Shown: positions 18,914 to 28,697, counted from the first letter of the stretch. The stretch is DNA of 64,000 bases from an uncultured Actinomycetes bacterium (GCA_963725665.1 CAVRZA010000011.1:553914-617913); one strand, 5' to 3'. A program made the numbers and translations. Notes: generated by a model from the letters alone, not told the origin.

Positions 18914-18996
18914 TCGCGCAGTCGGTTCAGTTGATGTCCAGTGCCGGGGGCTGCCGTCGCCGGCCTTGAACGAGTCAGCCATGGAGGTCGGAGCTG

Positions 18997-19080
18997 ATGC
19001 CCGATTTCGTTGCAGTACTTATCGCCTTGGCGTGCTTCGCGGTGCTGTTCGTGCTCCTCTACGCCCTGGAGCGCGTGTGA
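18997..19080 (+). CDS. KdpF-like small hydrophobic peptide upstream of kdpF (27 aa)
   Basis: MPDFVAVLIALACFAVLFVLLYALERV. GGAGG lies 9 nt upstream. The stop overlaps the kdpF ATG (TGATG). Confidence 0.55.
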   Translation: MPDFVAVLIALACFAVLFVLLYALERV

Positions 19081-19169
19081 TGGCCGCCGCAGACGTCTTC
19101 GGATTGGCGATCGCGGTGGCGATCGCCGTGTATCTCCTCTACGCACTCTTCAGAGGGGAGCGATTCTGA
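19080..19169 (+). CDS. kdpF: K+-transporting ATPase subunit F (operon 2)
   Basis: MAAADVFGLAIAVAIAVYLLYALFRGERF (29 aa). The stop overlaps the kdpA ATG (TGATG). Confidence 0.8.
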   Translation: MAAADVFGLAIAVAIAVYLLYALFRGERF

Positions 19170-20860
19170 TGACCCCCGAAGGTATCGGCCAGATCGCCCT
19201 CTACGTCGCCCTCCTGATCGCGTTCGCCTATCCACTAGGCCGTTACTACATGGCCTGGGTCTACACGCACGGGCGCGACGATCCTGTGGAGCGGGGCATG
19301 TTCCGGCTGTTCGGGCGTGGCAGCGGCAGCGAGCAGGACTGGAAGAGCTATGCCAAGACTGTGCTGATCTTCAGTCTCGTCTTCTCCGGCGTGCTCTATG
19401 CGATCATGCGTCTCCAGGCCCGCCTGTTCCTCAACCCGGACCACCTGGCCGCGGTTCCCTGGCACATCTCGCTCAACACAACCGCTAGCTTCATCACGAA
19501 CACCAATTGGCAGTACTACGCCGGCGAATCGACGATGTCGTACCTGAGCCAGATGGCCGGCCTGGCGGTGCAGAACTTCGTCTCCGCCGCCGTGGGCATG
19601 GCGGTGCTGGCGGCCGTCGTGCGCGGCTTCTCGCGCCGCTCGCGGCACGAATTGGGCAACTTCTGGCGCGATCTCTATCGCTCCCTGGTGTACATCCTGC
19701 TGCCACTTTCGATCGTCGTCGCGGTGATCCTGATCTCGCAGGGCGTGCCCCAGACGTTCCACGCGCACGCCACGGCGACCACGCTGCAGGGCGCCCATCA
19801 GACGATCGCCCGTGGCCCCGTCGCCTCGCAGATCGCCATCAAGCAACTGGGCACCAACGGCGGCGGCTACTACAACTCGAACTCCGCTGTTCCTCTCGAG
19901 AATCCGACAGGGCTCTCGAACTTCGCCGAGATGCTCGCGATCCTGCTGATCCCCGCCGCCCAGGTGTTCATGTTCGGGCGCATGGTGCGAGCCCGCCGCC
20001 ACGCCTGGATGGTTTTCGCGGCGATGTTCGTCATGTTCGTGATCGGTATCGGCGTCAACCTGGCGGCCGAGCAGCACGGTTCGCAGGTGCTGCGCGGCGC
20101 AGGCGTGAACATCGCCGCGGGCCAGGGGCAGAGCGGCGGCAACATGGCCGACAAGGAGGTCCGCTTTGGCATCGCCGCCACAACGAACTGGACGGTCGCT
20201 ACGAGCGACGCCTCGAATGGCTCGGTAAACGGCGGTTTCGATGCCAACACCGCCATTGGCGGCGCCGTGCCCCTCGTCAACCTCTTCGTGGGTGAGGTCA
20301 TCTTCGGCGGCGTCGGCTCCGGACTGTACGGCATGTTCTTCTACATCGTGATCGCCGTGTTCATCGCCGGCCTGATGGTAGGTCGCACGCCGGAGTGGCT
20401 GGGCAAGAAGATCGAGGCGCGTGAGATCAAATACGCCGCTATCGGCGCGCTCTTCGTGCCTACCATGGTGCTCGTCATGACTGCGATCGCCGTGGCCGCG
20501 CCGGCGGGGCTCGCCTCGATCTTCAACCCGGGCGCCCACGGCTTCACGGAGGCGCTCTACGCGTACGACTCGCAGGCGAACAACAACGGCAGCGCCTTCG
20601 CTGGCTACGGGGCGACCACCTTCTCCGCCACCTTTGGCACGATCGCGCTCTACCTCGGCCGCTTCGCGCCGCTGCTGGCGGCGCTGGCCCTCGGGGGCTC
20701 GCTCGCGGGGAAGAAGGTAGCACCCGAGTCCGCGGGGACCTTCCGCACCGACGGCCCTACCTTCGTCGTCCTGCTCGTCGGCGTCATTGCGCTCACCGCC
20801 GGTCTGATGATCCTGCCCGCACTGAGCCTCGGGCCAATCGTGGAGTCACTGATGCACTGA
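19169..20860 (+). CDS. kdpA: K+-transporting ATPase subunit A (operon 2)
   Basis: MTPEGIGQIALYVALLIAFAYPLGRYY... This is track ORF 19010..20860 trimmed to ATG 19169. It is a paralog of the operon-1 KdpA. Confidence 0.95.
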   Translation: MTPEGIGQIALYVALLIAFAYPLGRYYMAWVYTHGRDDPVERGMFRLFGRGSGSEQDWKSYAKTVLIFSLVFSGVLYAIMRLQARLFLNPDHLAAVPWHISLNTTASFITNTNWQYYAGESTMSYLSQMAGLAVQNFVSAAVGMAVLAAVVRGFSRRSRHELGNFWRDLYRSLVYILLPLSIVVAVILISQGVPQTFHAHATATTLQGAHQTIARGPVASQIAIKQLGTNGGGYYNSNSAVPLENPTGLSNFAEMLAILLIPAAQVFMFGRMVRARRHAWMVFAAMFVMFVIGIGVNLAAEQHGSQVLRGAGVNIAAGQGQSGGNMADKEVRFGIAATTNWTVATSDASNGSVNGGFDANTAIGGAVPLVNLFVGEVIFGGVGSGLYGMFFYIVIAVFIAGLMVGRTPEWLGKKIEAREIKYAAIGALFVPTMVLVMTAIAVAAPAGLASIFNPGAHGFTEALYAYDSQANNNGSAFAGYGATTFSATFGTIALYLGRFAPLLAALALGGSLAGKKVAPESAGTFRTDGPTFVVLLVGVIALTAGLMILPALSLGPIVESLMH

Positions 20861-21447
20861 TGCGTACGCTCCTTCGCACACTCATCGCCGTCGTCGCGCT
20901 CACCGCGGTCTTCGGCCTCGCCTACCCTGCGATCATGGTCGGTTTCGCATCGCTCTCGTTCTCGGGCAAGTCACAAGGCAGCCTGATCTACCACAACGGC
21001 AGCGTGGTGGGTTCGCGCCTGGCGGCGCAGGAATTCACCGACCCCCGCTACTTTCATGAGCGGCCCTCGGCTACGTCGCCCGCGTACAACGCCGGTGGGA
21101 CGACCTTCGCCAACCTGGGGCCCACAAACCCCGATCTCACAAAAGCGGTGCGCGAGCAGGCGCAGGCGATCCTCAAGCTCGAGGGTCCCTACAACCCGGG
21201 TCTGACGATCGGCGATATCCCCGTCGACGCCGTCACGACCTCCGGCTCCGGCATCGACCCTCATGTCTCACCTGCTTACGCGGAGCTGCAGGCTCCTCGC
21301 ATCGCCGCTGTGCGGCAACTGCCTCTCGCCACGGTCGAGAGGCTGGTCAAAGACAACACTGACGGTCGCAGCCTAGGCTTCCTCGGTGAGCCTGGTGTGA
21401 ACGTCCTCGAGCTCAACCTTGCGCTCGACAGGCTAGGAGGCAAGTAG
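20860..21447 (+). CDS. kdpC: K+-transporting ATPase subunit C (operon 2), placed between kdpA and kdpB
   Basis: 195 aa with [23 protein letters not shown] and [18 protein letters not shown]. Confidence 0.95.
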   Translation: MRTLLRTLIAVVALTAVFGLAYPAIMVGFASLSFSGKSQGSLIYHNGSVVGSRLAAQEFTDPRYFHERPSATSPAYNAGGTTFANLGPTNPDLTKAVREQAQAILKLEGPYNPGLTIGDIPVDAVTTSGSGIDPHVSPAYAELQAPRIAAVRQLPLATVERLVKDNTDGRSLGFLGEPGVNVLELNLALDRLGGK

Positions 21448-21449
21448 GC

Positions 21450-23510
21450 ATGGCAAGGCGCTCAAGCGTCTTCTCGCGCGAGCTCGCGCTCGCAGCGGTG
21501 CGCGATTCCTTCCCCAAGCTCAACCCACGCAACCAGATCAGAAACCCGGTCATGTTCGTGGTCGAGATCGGCAGCGTCATCACAACCGCGATCTTCTTCA
21601 TCGACCTCGTCCGCGGTCAGACCGGCCAGCTCTGGTTCGTCGGAACTATCTCGGTCTGGCTCTGGCTCACGGTGCTGTTCGCGAACTTCGCGGAGGCGAT
21701 CGCCGAGGGCCGCGGAAAGGCACAGGCAAATGCCCTGAGGGCGACCAGGACGACCACGATCGCCACCCGGCGGCGCGAGAGCGGTGCCCTCGAGCAGGTC
21801 CCCGCGCCGGAGCTCTCGCGTGGGGACGTCGTCATCGTTACGGCGGGCGAGATCATTCCCGCCGACGGCGAAGTGATCGAAGGCATCGGCTCGGTCGACG
21901 AGTCGGCGATCACTGGCGAGTCGGCCCCCGTGATCCGCGAAGCCGGCGGCGATCGCTCTGCCGTCACTGGCGGCACCAGGCTCCTCTCAGACCGACTCGT
22001 CGTCGAAGTCACCCAGGAGGCGGGCAAGTCGTTCCTCGAGAGGATGATCGCACTGGTCGAGGGCGCGGAGCGGCGAAAGACGCCGAACGAGATCGCGCTG
22101 AACATCCTGCTCGCTGGCCTGACGATCACCTTTCTCGTCGCGGTCGTCACCTTGCGGCCCTACGGACTCTATGCGCACACCAGCCTTTCGCAGACGGTGC
22201 TGATCGCACTGCTCGTCGCCCTGATCCCGACCACGATCGGTGCCCTGCTCTCAGCGATCGGCATCGCCGGTATGGACCGGCTCGTGCAGCGCAACGTGCT
22301 AGCCATGTCAGGGCGCGCAGTCGAGGCGTCGGGCGACGTTGACGTGTTGCTCCTCGACAAGACCGGCACGATCACGCTGGGCAATCGACAGGCGGTCAAC
22401 TTCATCCCCGCTCCCGGTGTGGACGAGCGGGAGTTCGCCGAGGTCGCGCAGCTGGCGTCGTTGGCCGATGAAACCCCCGAGGGTCGTTCCATCGTCGTTC
22501 TCGCAAAGGAACGCTTCAACCTGCGTGAGCGCACCCTGGGGGAAGAGGAAGTCGAGTTCGTGCCGTTCACTGCCGTCACACGTATGAGCGGCGTCAACCT
22601 CGAGGGCAGCATGATCCGCAAAGGCGCCGCCGACGCAGTAAGAGGCTTCATCGAGGAACGCGGCGGCACCGCCATCCCCGCCGAAATCCACGCGACCGTA
22701 CAGAGGGTCGCCGAGGAGGGCGGGACGCCCCTCGTCGTCGCCAAGGACGGCTCCGCACTCGGTGTCATCCAGCTGAAGGACGTCGTCAAGGGTGAGCTGC
22801 GTGAGCGCTTCGACGGCATGCGGAAGATGGGCATCCGCACCGTGATGATAACGGGCGACAATCGAGTCACCGCAGCTGTGATCGCCAAGGAGGCCGGTGT
22901 CGACGACTTCCTTGCGGAGGCAACGCCGGAGGCAAAACTCGCACTCATCCGCGAGGAGCAGGCGCGCGGCCGTATGGTCGCCATGACCGGTGACGGCACT
23001 AACGATGCCCCGGCGCTGGCCCAGGCCGACGTGGGCGTGGCCATGAACGCCGGGACCTCCGCCGCCAAGGAAGCCGGCAACATGGTCGACCTCGACAACA
23101 ACCCGACGAAGCTGATCGAGATAGTAGAGGTCGGCAAGCAGCTCCTGATCACCCGCGGCGCCTTGACCACGTTCTCGATAGCCAACGACGTGGCCAAGTA
23201 CTTCGCCATCCTGCCGGCGATGTTCGCCTTCACGTATGCGACGCATCCCGGCGAGCGCGGGCCGCTCAACTCGCTCAATATCATGCACCTGGGAGATCCG
23301 AAGAGCGCGATCATCTCCGCGATCATCTTCAACGCCCTGATCATCGTGGCGCTCATCCCCCTCGCCCTCAAAGGCGTCCGCTACCGCGCCATCGGCGCCA
23401 CTGCGCTGCTGCGGCGCAACCTCCTGATCTACGGGCTCGGCGGCATCGTCTTGCCGTTCGTGGGGATCAAGCTGATCGACCTCGTCGTCCACAACGTGCT
23501 TGGAGCTTAG
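21450..23510 (+). CDS. kdpB: K+-transporting ATPase subunit B (operon 2)
   Basis: 686 aa with [17 protein letters not shown] and [18 protein letters not shown]. Confidence 0.95.
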   Translation: MARRSSVFSRELALAAVRDSFPKLNPRNQIRNPVMFVVEIGSVITTAIFFIDLVRGQTGQLWFVGTISVWLWLTVLFANFAEAIAEGRGKAQANALRATRTTTIATRRRESGALEQVPAPELSRGDVVIVTAGEIIPADGEVIEGIGSVDESAITGESAPVIREAGGDRSAVTGGTRLLSDRLVVEVTQEAGKSFLERMIALVEGAERRKTPNEIALNILLAGLTITFLVAVVTLRPYGLYAHTSLSQTVLIALLVALIPTTIGALLSAIGIAGMDRLVQRNVLAMSGRAVEASGDVDVLLLDKTGTITLGNRQAVNFIPAPGVDEREFAEVAQLASLADETPEGRSIVVLAKERFNLRERTLGEEEVEFVPFTAVTRMSGVNLEGSMIRKGAADAVRGFIEERGGTAIPAEIHATVQRVAEEGGTPLVVAKDGSALGVIQLKDVVKGELRERFDGMRKMGIRTVMITGDNRVTAAVIAKEAGVDDFLAEATPEAKLALIREEQARGRMVAMTGDGTNDAPALAQADVGVAMNAGTSAAKEAGNMVDLDNNPTKLIEIVEVGKQLLITRGALTTFSIANDVAKYFAILPAMFAFTYATHPGERGPLNSLNIMHLGDPKSAIISAIIFNALIIVALIPLALKGVRYRAIGATALLRRNLLIYGLGGIVLPFVGIKLIDLVVHNVLGA

Positions 23511-23617
23511 TGCAGCGGTAGCGCGGCCCGTCGAGTGTGTGGCAGGGCAATGGCCGGTCCTCCGTGCGGCAGAGCGAGCAGAGTCCCAGCATCTCTTTTG
23601 ATGCTGTCGTGGAGCGC

Positions 23618-23683
23618 ATTAAGCGCATCTTTATGCCGGCAGAACTGCCCTTTACGGGTGATTAACGCGGTGCCGGGTAGCTT
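23618..23683 (+). promoter_or_regulatory. Composite promoter copy for the cNMP/CBS/DUF294 gene
   Basis: ATTAAG-cgcat-CTTTAT-N15-CTTTAC-gggtg-ATTAAC-gcggtgccGGG-TAGCTT. Confidence 0.65.
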
Positions 23684-23776
23684 CTGCGGGCGGGCTGCGT
23701 CCTTGGCGGCGCAACCCGCTGTCTCGTGCGCCGTTTTCGCGGGGCGCTGCACCGGACGTCAAGCAGGAGGCGGGCT

Positions 23777-25612
23777 GTGGCGGTCACAGCTCTCAAGAAG
23801 AGCCCAACGAATGAGCGGGTCGGATTCCTCTCGCGCCTCGAACTGTTCAAGGGACTCGACCAGGACGAGCTCGAGCGGATAGCAGCGGCGATCTCGGTGC
23901 AGATCGCCGCTGCCGGAGAGGCGGTCCAAGTGGAGAGCGGCATCCCCGGCGACCACCTGTTCGTTGTGCTTGACGGCACCCTCGAGCTCATCCACAAGGG
24001 CGCCGTCGTGGCCATCCTCTCCAAAGGGGAGGTGTTCGGACACTCTACCCTGCTCACCGGACTGCCACCCGAGTTCACGACACGTGCGGGAACCCCTTCC
24101 ACGCTCTGGCGCATCCCGAAAGACATCGCCGTCGACCTCCTGAGTCGGCCTGCAGGGGTGAGGTTCGTCGCCGACACGCTGCGCGAGCAGCTGATCCAAG
24201 CGGCGCGATCCACGAACGGGGCTGCCGATCTCGCTGCGCGGCCGGTGGTGTCGCTGGTGCGCGGAGCACCCGTGTTCTGCGAGGCGGACGCGACGATCCG
24301 TGAGGCGGCGACGCTCATGAGCGCCAGCAGAGCGAGTGCGCTCTTGGTGCGGACGGTCGGGGGTCTTGGCATCGTCACTGACTCCGACCTGCGCGAGAAG
24401 GTCGTGGCCGGCGACGTTCCCCGAGACGCCGCGGTCACTGCCGTCATGACGACCCCGGTGGAGAGCGTCGCTGCCGACCGGCTGGGTCCCGAGGCCGCGG
24501 TCCAGATGATGGCCGCCGGCGTCAACCATCTCGTTGTCGAGGACAAGGCCGGCAGGCTCGTCGGCGTCCTGTCGGCCGCGGACCTCGTTTCCCTCGACGC
24601 GCGCAGCCCCTTCGCCCTGCGGCGCCGGATTCAGGAGGCACGGAACGAAGACGATCTTGTGGCGGCATCCAGGGATCTACCTGCCCTGTTCGCCGAGCTG
24701 CTCGACGCCCGGGTCGATGCCCCTGCTGTGGCTCGGATCCTGACCGTGCTCTGCGATGCCATGACAGTGCGTCTGCTGGAGCTCTTCTTCGACCGGCATG
24801 GCCAGCCACCAGTCGGCTACGCCTGGCTTTTGTTCGGCAGCAGCGCCCGGAACGAGCTCACTCTGGCCTCCGACCAGGACAACGGCATCGCCTACGAGGA
24901 CGGCGACGACCCCCGCGTCGAGGACTACTTCCGCGAGCTGGCCGAGGACGTCAACGACGGGCTGGTCCGCAGCGGCTTCGCCGCCGACCCCCACGGCACG
25001 GTGGCGCAGAACTGGCAGTGGCGCCTGCCCCTCTCGCTGTGGCGCTCCGTCTTCGCCCGCTCGCTCGAGGACAGGGACGTCAATCGCCTCGCCCGTGCCA
25101 GCGTCGCCTTCGACTTCCGGCAGCTGGCCGGGGACTTGGCGGTGGCCGGGCCACTGACCGAGATCATGCGCGAGGCGCCCGGCCACCGCCGCTTCATGAG
25201 CGGTCTCGCCCAGCTCGCGACGCGCAACCCCCTGCCGTTGTCTGGCCTGCGCCAGCGGGTGGCGGGTCGGCTCGACGTGAAACGGGAGTGCCTGCGGCCG
25301 ATTCAGAACTTCGCCCGCTACCAGGCCCTGCTGGCGGGCATCAGCGCGCACTCCACCCTAGATCGACTCGCGGGGGTGCGCGAGGCGGGCCTGCTGGACC
25401 GTGAGAGCGAGCAGTCGCTGAGCGACGCCTTCACGATCCTGCTGGGCCTGCAGCTGCGACATCACGGCGACGCCCTGGGCGAGGGGCGCCCCCTCGACAA
25501 CGAGCTCTACGTGGAGAGCCTTCGCCCGCTCACACGGGCCAGCCTCCAGGAGGCGCTGCGCGTGGTGGCGGCCACACAGCGGCGCTTCCCGCGGCTGCCG
25601 GCCCTGGGCTGA
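23777..25612 (+). CDS. cNMP-binding + tandem CBS + DUF294-type nucleotidyltransferase protein
   Basis: GTG 23777 follows AGGAGG. The N-terminus FLSRLELFKGLDQDELERIA...GEVFG is a cNMP-binding fold. Two CBS-like segments follow, then the nucleotidyltransferase motif LLFGSSARNELTLASDQDNGI and a C-terminal helical domain. Confidence 0.8.
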   Translation: MAVTALKKSPTNERVGFLSRLELFKGLDQDELERIAAAISVQIAAAGEAVQVESGIPGDHLFVVLDGTLELIHKGAVVAILSKGEVFGHSTLLTGLPPEFTTRAGTPSTLWRIPKDIAVDLLSRPAGVRFVADTLREQLIQAARSTNGAADLAARPVVSLVRGAPVFCEADATIREAATLMSASRASALLVRTVGGLGIVTDSDLREKVVAGDVPRDAAVTAVMTTPVESVAADRLGPEAAVQMMAAGVNHLVVEDKAGRLVGVLSAADLVSLDARSPFALRRRIQEARNEDDLVAASRDLPALFAELLDARVDAPAVARILTVLCDAMTVRLLELFFDRHGQPPVGYAWLLFGSSARNELTLASDQDNGIAYEDGDDPRVEDYFRELAEDVNDGLVRSGFAADPHGTVAQNWQWRLPLSLWRSVFARSLEDRDVNRLARASVAFDFRQLAGDLAVAGPLTEIMREAPGHRRFMSGLAQLATRNPLPLSGLRQRVAGRLDVKRECLRPIQNFARYQALLAGISAHSTLDRLAGVREAGLLDRESEQSLSDAFTILLGLQLRHHGDALGEGRPLDNELYVESLRPLTRASLQEALRVVAATQRRFPRLPALG

Positions 25613-25806
25613 GTCGTGCCGCAACAGATGGTCATGGCAGAGGCGCTGTTGTCCCACCTCTGGGGCGACTCTCAGCGCTCGCGGGTCCTATTCCACACTC
25701 CCTTTGCGGCGCTCTGGGCGCTCAGACCGCGTCATGATCGCGCCGACCGGGCTCACAAGACGATACTGTGAGGATGCGTCAGAGCGACTTCGTCGATGGG
25801 GTGTGG

Positions 25807-25850
25807 GCGGACGGGCCCGCCGAGCCGTGAGGTTCGGCGGGCCCGTCCGC
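25807..25850. terminator. 17-bp perfect hairpin in the 420-bp spacer between the DUF294 gene and kdpE
   Basis: GCGGACGGGCCCGCCGA-gccgtgaggt-TCGGCGGGCCCGTCCGC. No U-tract on either strand. Confidence 0.4.
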
Positions 25851-26035
25851 GAACAGCTGGCGGCACGTGTTGTGTGAGGAACATCGCCAGCGGGGTGCTA
25901 CCATATACAGGGGGGAATAGAGGACGGTCTCTGTCAGCACGGGTCCGTTGTGCCGGGAGGCGCGGCCAACCGATGCACGCACCACCCTACGGCTGCGCGT
26001 GCGGGATGCCGGTTTAGGCCGGCGCGGAGGGGGCA

Positions 26036-26749
26036 GTGAGCGGAATCCCCGAACGTCCGACTCGCATCCTTGTCGTCGACGACGAGGAGCAGATACGGCG
26101 CGCCGTTGGCTCGATTCTCCGTGCCAGAGGCTATGCACTTGACCTTGCGGCGACTGCCCACGAGGCGCTGCTCACCGCCATCGACCATCCGCCCGATCTC
26201 GTCGTGCTCGACCTCGCGCTGCCCGATCGCAGCGGCATCGAGGTCTGTCGTGAGTTGCGCTCGTGGACGAGTGTCCCAATCCTCGTTCTGTCGGTGCGCT
26301 CTGCTGAGCACGACAAGATCCAGGCCCTGGACGAGGGGGCCGACGACTACCTGACGAAGCCCTTCTCGGCGGGAGAACTGTTGGCGCGCGTGCGCGCCCT
26401 CCTGCGACGGGCGGCGTCACGGACGATACCGCCGCCCGTGGTGGAGGTGGGCGATCTCGTGGTCGACATCGCGCGGCGGCGCGTGACTCTCGCGGGCGAC
26501 GATGTATCCCTCACGCCGACCGAGTTCGACATCCTCGCCTATCTGGCCCGCAACGCCGATCTCGTCGTGACGCAGCGTCAGATTCTCGAGGAGGTATGGG
26601 GACCTGAGTGGGCCGAAGACGCGCAGACGTTGCGCGTGCACGTCAGCCACCTACGCAGGAAGATCGAGCCGACGCCAAGCGGCCGTCGCTACATCATCAC
26701 GGAGCCGCGCATAGGCTTTAGGTTCTCGACCGCTGAGGACTCTACTTGA
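26036..26749 (+). CDS. kdpE: OmpR-family response regulator, KdpE-like
   Basis: Receiver domain (ILVVDDEE...DLVVLDLALPD...KP) plus a winged-helix domain (LTPTEFDILAYLARN...LRVHVSHLRRKIE). Confidence 0.85.
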   Translation: MSGIPERPTRILVVDDEEQIRRAVGSILRARGYALDLAATAHEALLTAIDHPPDLVVLDLALPDRSGIEVCRELRSWTSVPILVLSVRSAEHDKIQALDEGADDYLTKPFSAGELLARVRALLRRAASRTIPPPVVEVGDLVVDIARRRVTLAGDDVSLTPTEFDILAYLARNADLVVTQRQILEEVWGPEWAEDAQTLRVHVSHLRRKIEPTPSGRRYIITEPRIGFRFSTAEDST

Positions 26750-28319
26750 CCCGTGACCGTATCGGCAGCGAGACGGTGAAGCGGGCCCCTGTGGCCTGTG
26801 CCGGCTCCACCCAGACCTCGCCGCCGTGCGCTTTGACGATCTCACGAGTGATAGCGAGGCCGAGGCCGGTACCGGAGGGGGCTTTCGTCCCGGCGCGCTG
26901 CCCCCGGTAGAATTTCTCGAAGATCCGCTCCCGCTCCTCCTCGCCGACGCCGGGCCCCTCGTCCTCGACCCACATCTCCACTGAGCCCACACCAGCTCTC
27001 GCGCCCACTCGCACGGGCGACGACTCGCCCCCGTAGATGATGGCATTCTCGATGAGGTTCTGGAGGACGCGCGCCCATTGCACGAAGTCGACCTCGATGA
27101 GAGGCAGGTCATCGGGCAGCGAGACCTCCACGCGAGCGCGCTGGTGGGCCGGAAGGGCGTCCGTGCTGGCGGAGACGATGTCGGAGAGCTCGTAGAGGTC
27201 CAGTGACGGTTCCCACGAGCGGGCCTCGAGCCGTGAGAGATCGAGCAGTGAGTTGATGCTGTTGTTCAGACGGGCGATGTCGTCGACGATGCCGCGCAGT
27301 TCGTCGTGGACGAGGCGCTCGTCCCAGGCGACATCGCTCTCGAGGAGGTTGCTGACAGTTGCAGTGAGGGCCGCCAGCGGCGTCTTGAGCTCGTGCGACA
27401 CAGAAGAGAGCAGACTCGATTTGAGTCGATCCGCCTCCCGCAGCGCCTCGGCGCGGGTCGCCTTGGCCTGAAGGTTCTGGCGCTCGAGAAAGACGCCGAT
27501 CAGGTTGGCAAGCGATGCCATGAGCCGCGCCTCGGCAGCGTCATACGGGTGCCCGTTGGGCCGGCCGCGCACGGCGAGCACACCCGTGACGCCCGCGCCC
27601 GAGTGGAGCGGGATGAAGGTGCCATTGATGCCTACGAAGGCCTCAGCTGCCGGTTCCCGTAAGAAGGAGGCTCCTTGGAGTTGCTCCTGTCGATGGCTCG
27701 CTGGAAAGCCGAGCGTGCAGTCGTGGCTGTAGGCCCACTGAGCTCCGTCCACAGTGTCTCGGTCGGGCGGCCCGGAAGGTAGCGAGGCGCAGAAGGACAG
27801 CAACCCGCTATCGCTGCCTATGAAGAGCGCCGCCGAGGATGCGCCCACGACATCGATGATCTCTTCGAGGACGGTGTAGGCCATCGTCTCGGTGGACGTT
27901 TCCGAGACCAAGCGGGCGCTCAACCTGTTGAGCACTGCAGTCTCATGCTCTCGTGCGTGGGCTCGCTCCTCGCGGTTCCGCATGCGACCTGTTTGCACCC
28001 CCATGGCCAGACCCACGGCGAGGAAGGCCAGCAGCGACAGGTAATCCTGGGGATCCCTCACCACGAGGGTGTGGTAAGGAGGGAGAAAGAAGAAGTCCCA
28101 GGCGAGGAAGGCGAGGATTGCGGCGACCACCGCCGGCCCCGTGCCGCTCGCCCCCGCGACCAGGACGACTATGAGAAGGTAGAGGAGCGCCCACTGCCCC
28201 TTGGCGAAGTGGTCGCGGCCAGGGAGAAAGATGGCCGTCGACACTGCGATTGCCAGGACGGCGAGCACGTAGCCGTGACGGGCGAGTCGCCTCTGCAGGT
28301 CTTTGACCGTGACCCTCAT
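26742..28319 (-). CDS. kdpD: Sensor histidine kinase corresponding to the C-terminal half of KdpD (DUF4118 TM domain-GAF-HisKA-HATPase)
   Basis: TM block LLYLLIVVLVAG...AWDFFFLPPYHTL, H-box SSVSHELKTPLAAL, N/G boxes NLIENAIIYG and GTGLGLAI. There is no KdpD-N/Usp part. The 3' end overlaps kdpE by 8 nt, convergently. The start could be 28319 or 28328. Confidence 0.85.
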   Translation of the reverse strand: MRVTVKDLQRRLARHGYVLAVLAIAVSTAIFLPGRDHFAKGQWALLYLLIVVLVAGASGTGPAVVAAILAFLAWDFFFLPPYHTLVVRDPQDYLSLLAFLAVGLAMGVQTGRMRNREERAHAREHETAVLNRLSARLVSETSTETMAYTVLEEIIDVVGASSAALFIGSDSGLLSFCASLPSGPPDRDTVDGAQWAYSHDCTLGFPASHRQEQLQGASFLREPAAEAFVGINGTFIPLHSGAGVTGVLAVRGRPNGHPYDAAEARLMASLANLIGVFLERQNLQAKATRAEALREADRLKSSLLSSVSHELKTPLAALTATVSNLLESDVAWDERLVHDELRGIVDDIARLNNSINSLLDLSRLEARSWEPSLDLYELSDIVSASTDALPAHQRARVEVSLPDDLPLIEVDFVQWARVLQNLIENAIIYGGESSPVRVGARAGVGSVEMWVEDEGPGVGEEERERIFEKFYRGQRAGTKAPSGTGLGLAITREIVKAHGGEVWVEPAQATGARFTVSLPIRSRVK

Positions 28320-28469
28320 GCCAAACACACTCTATCGCTGACGGAGGCCCCGGTGGACCTGGCAGACAGTGCCGACGGGGAGCCAGCACACGCGGCTGCA
28401 GCGCGTGTGTGCTTGGATTTCAGGAGCGAAGCTCAGAAAGGAAGCCCTTGAAGGGCGAGCTTCCCGGGC

Positions 28470-28697
28470 TCAGCGCGCGCGATAGGCCGTCACGGCGGTG
28501 CGCCGCTCGGGCGAGCGGCTGAGCTTGCCGCGGACGACTTCGGCTGGCTTGCGTCCGAGCCGGTGAACGCTGACCCTCGCGCGCTGACGAAGAGGTCGGA
28601 CAGTGGACTTCTCGAGGAGGACCATGGCCGCATACGTGAGTCCCAGCACCCACGCTGTCGCGGCCGCAAACAGAAGCACGTCGATGATAAGCTTCAC
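28470..28697 (-). CDS. Small membrane protein sp3 (75 aa): N-terminal TM helix + basic tail, directly upstream of the kinase
   Basis: MKLIIDVLLFAAATAWVLGLTYAAMVLLEKSTVRPLRQRAR...TAYRAR. GTG 28697 is preceded by GAAGG. Same architecture as sp1. Confidence 0.6.
   Translation of the reverse strand: MKLIIDVLLFAAATAWVLGLTYAAMVLLEKSTVRPLRQRARVSVHRLGRKPAEVVRGKLSRSPERRTAVTAYRAR

Noticed and set aside
17781-18996. c-di-AMP (ydaO-type) riboswitch in the kdp leaders
   Set aside because: I looked for the conserved strings as I remember them (GGGGACCCA, GGGGUGAAUC, CCCGAAxCCG.CAGCUAACCUCGUAAGCG) on both strands. Only fragments turned up (GGAGCG, CCGAAU, CCGAAC), in the wrong order. An Rfam RF00379 scan would settle it.
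25628-25771. 47-codon ORF after the DUF294 gene
   Set aside because: It has no SD, an unremarkable composition, and no supporting feature. It is left unannotated.
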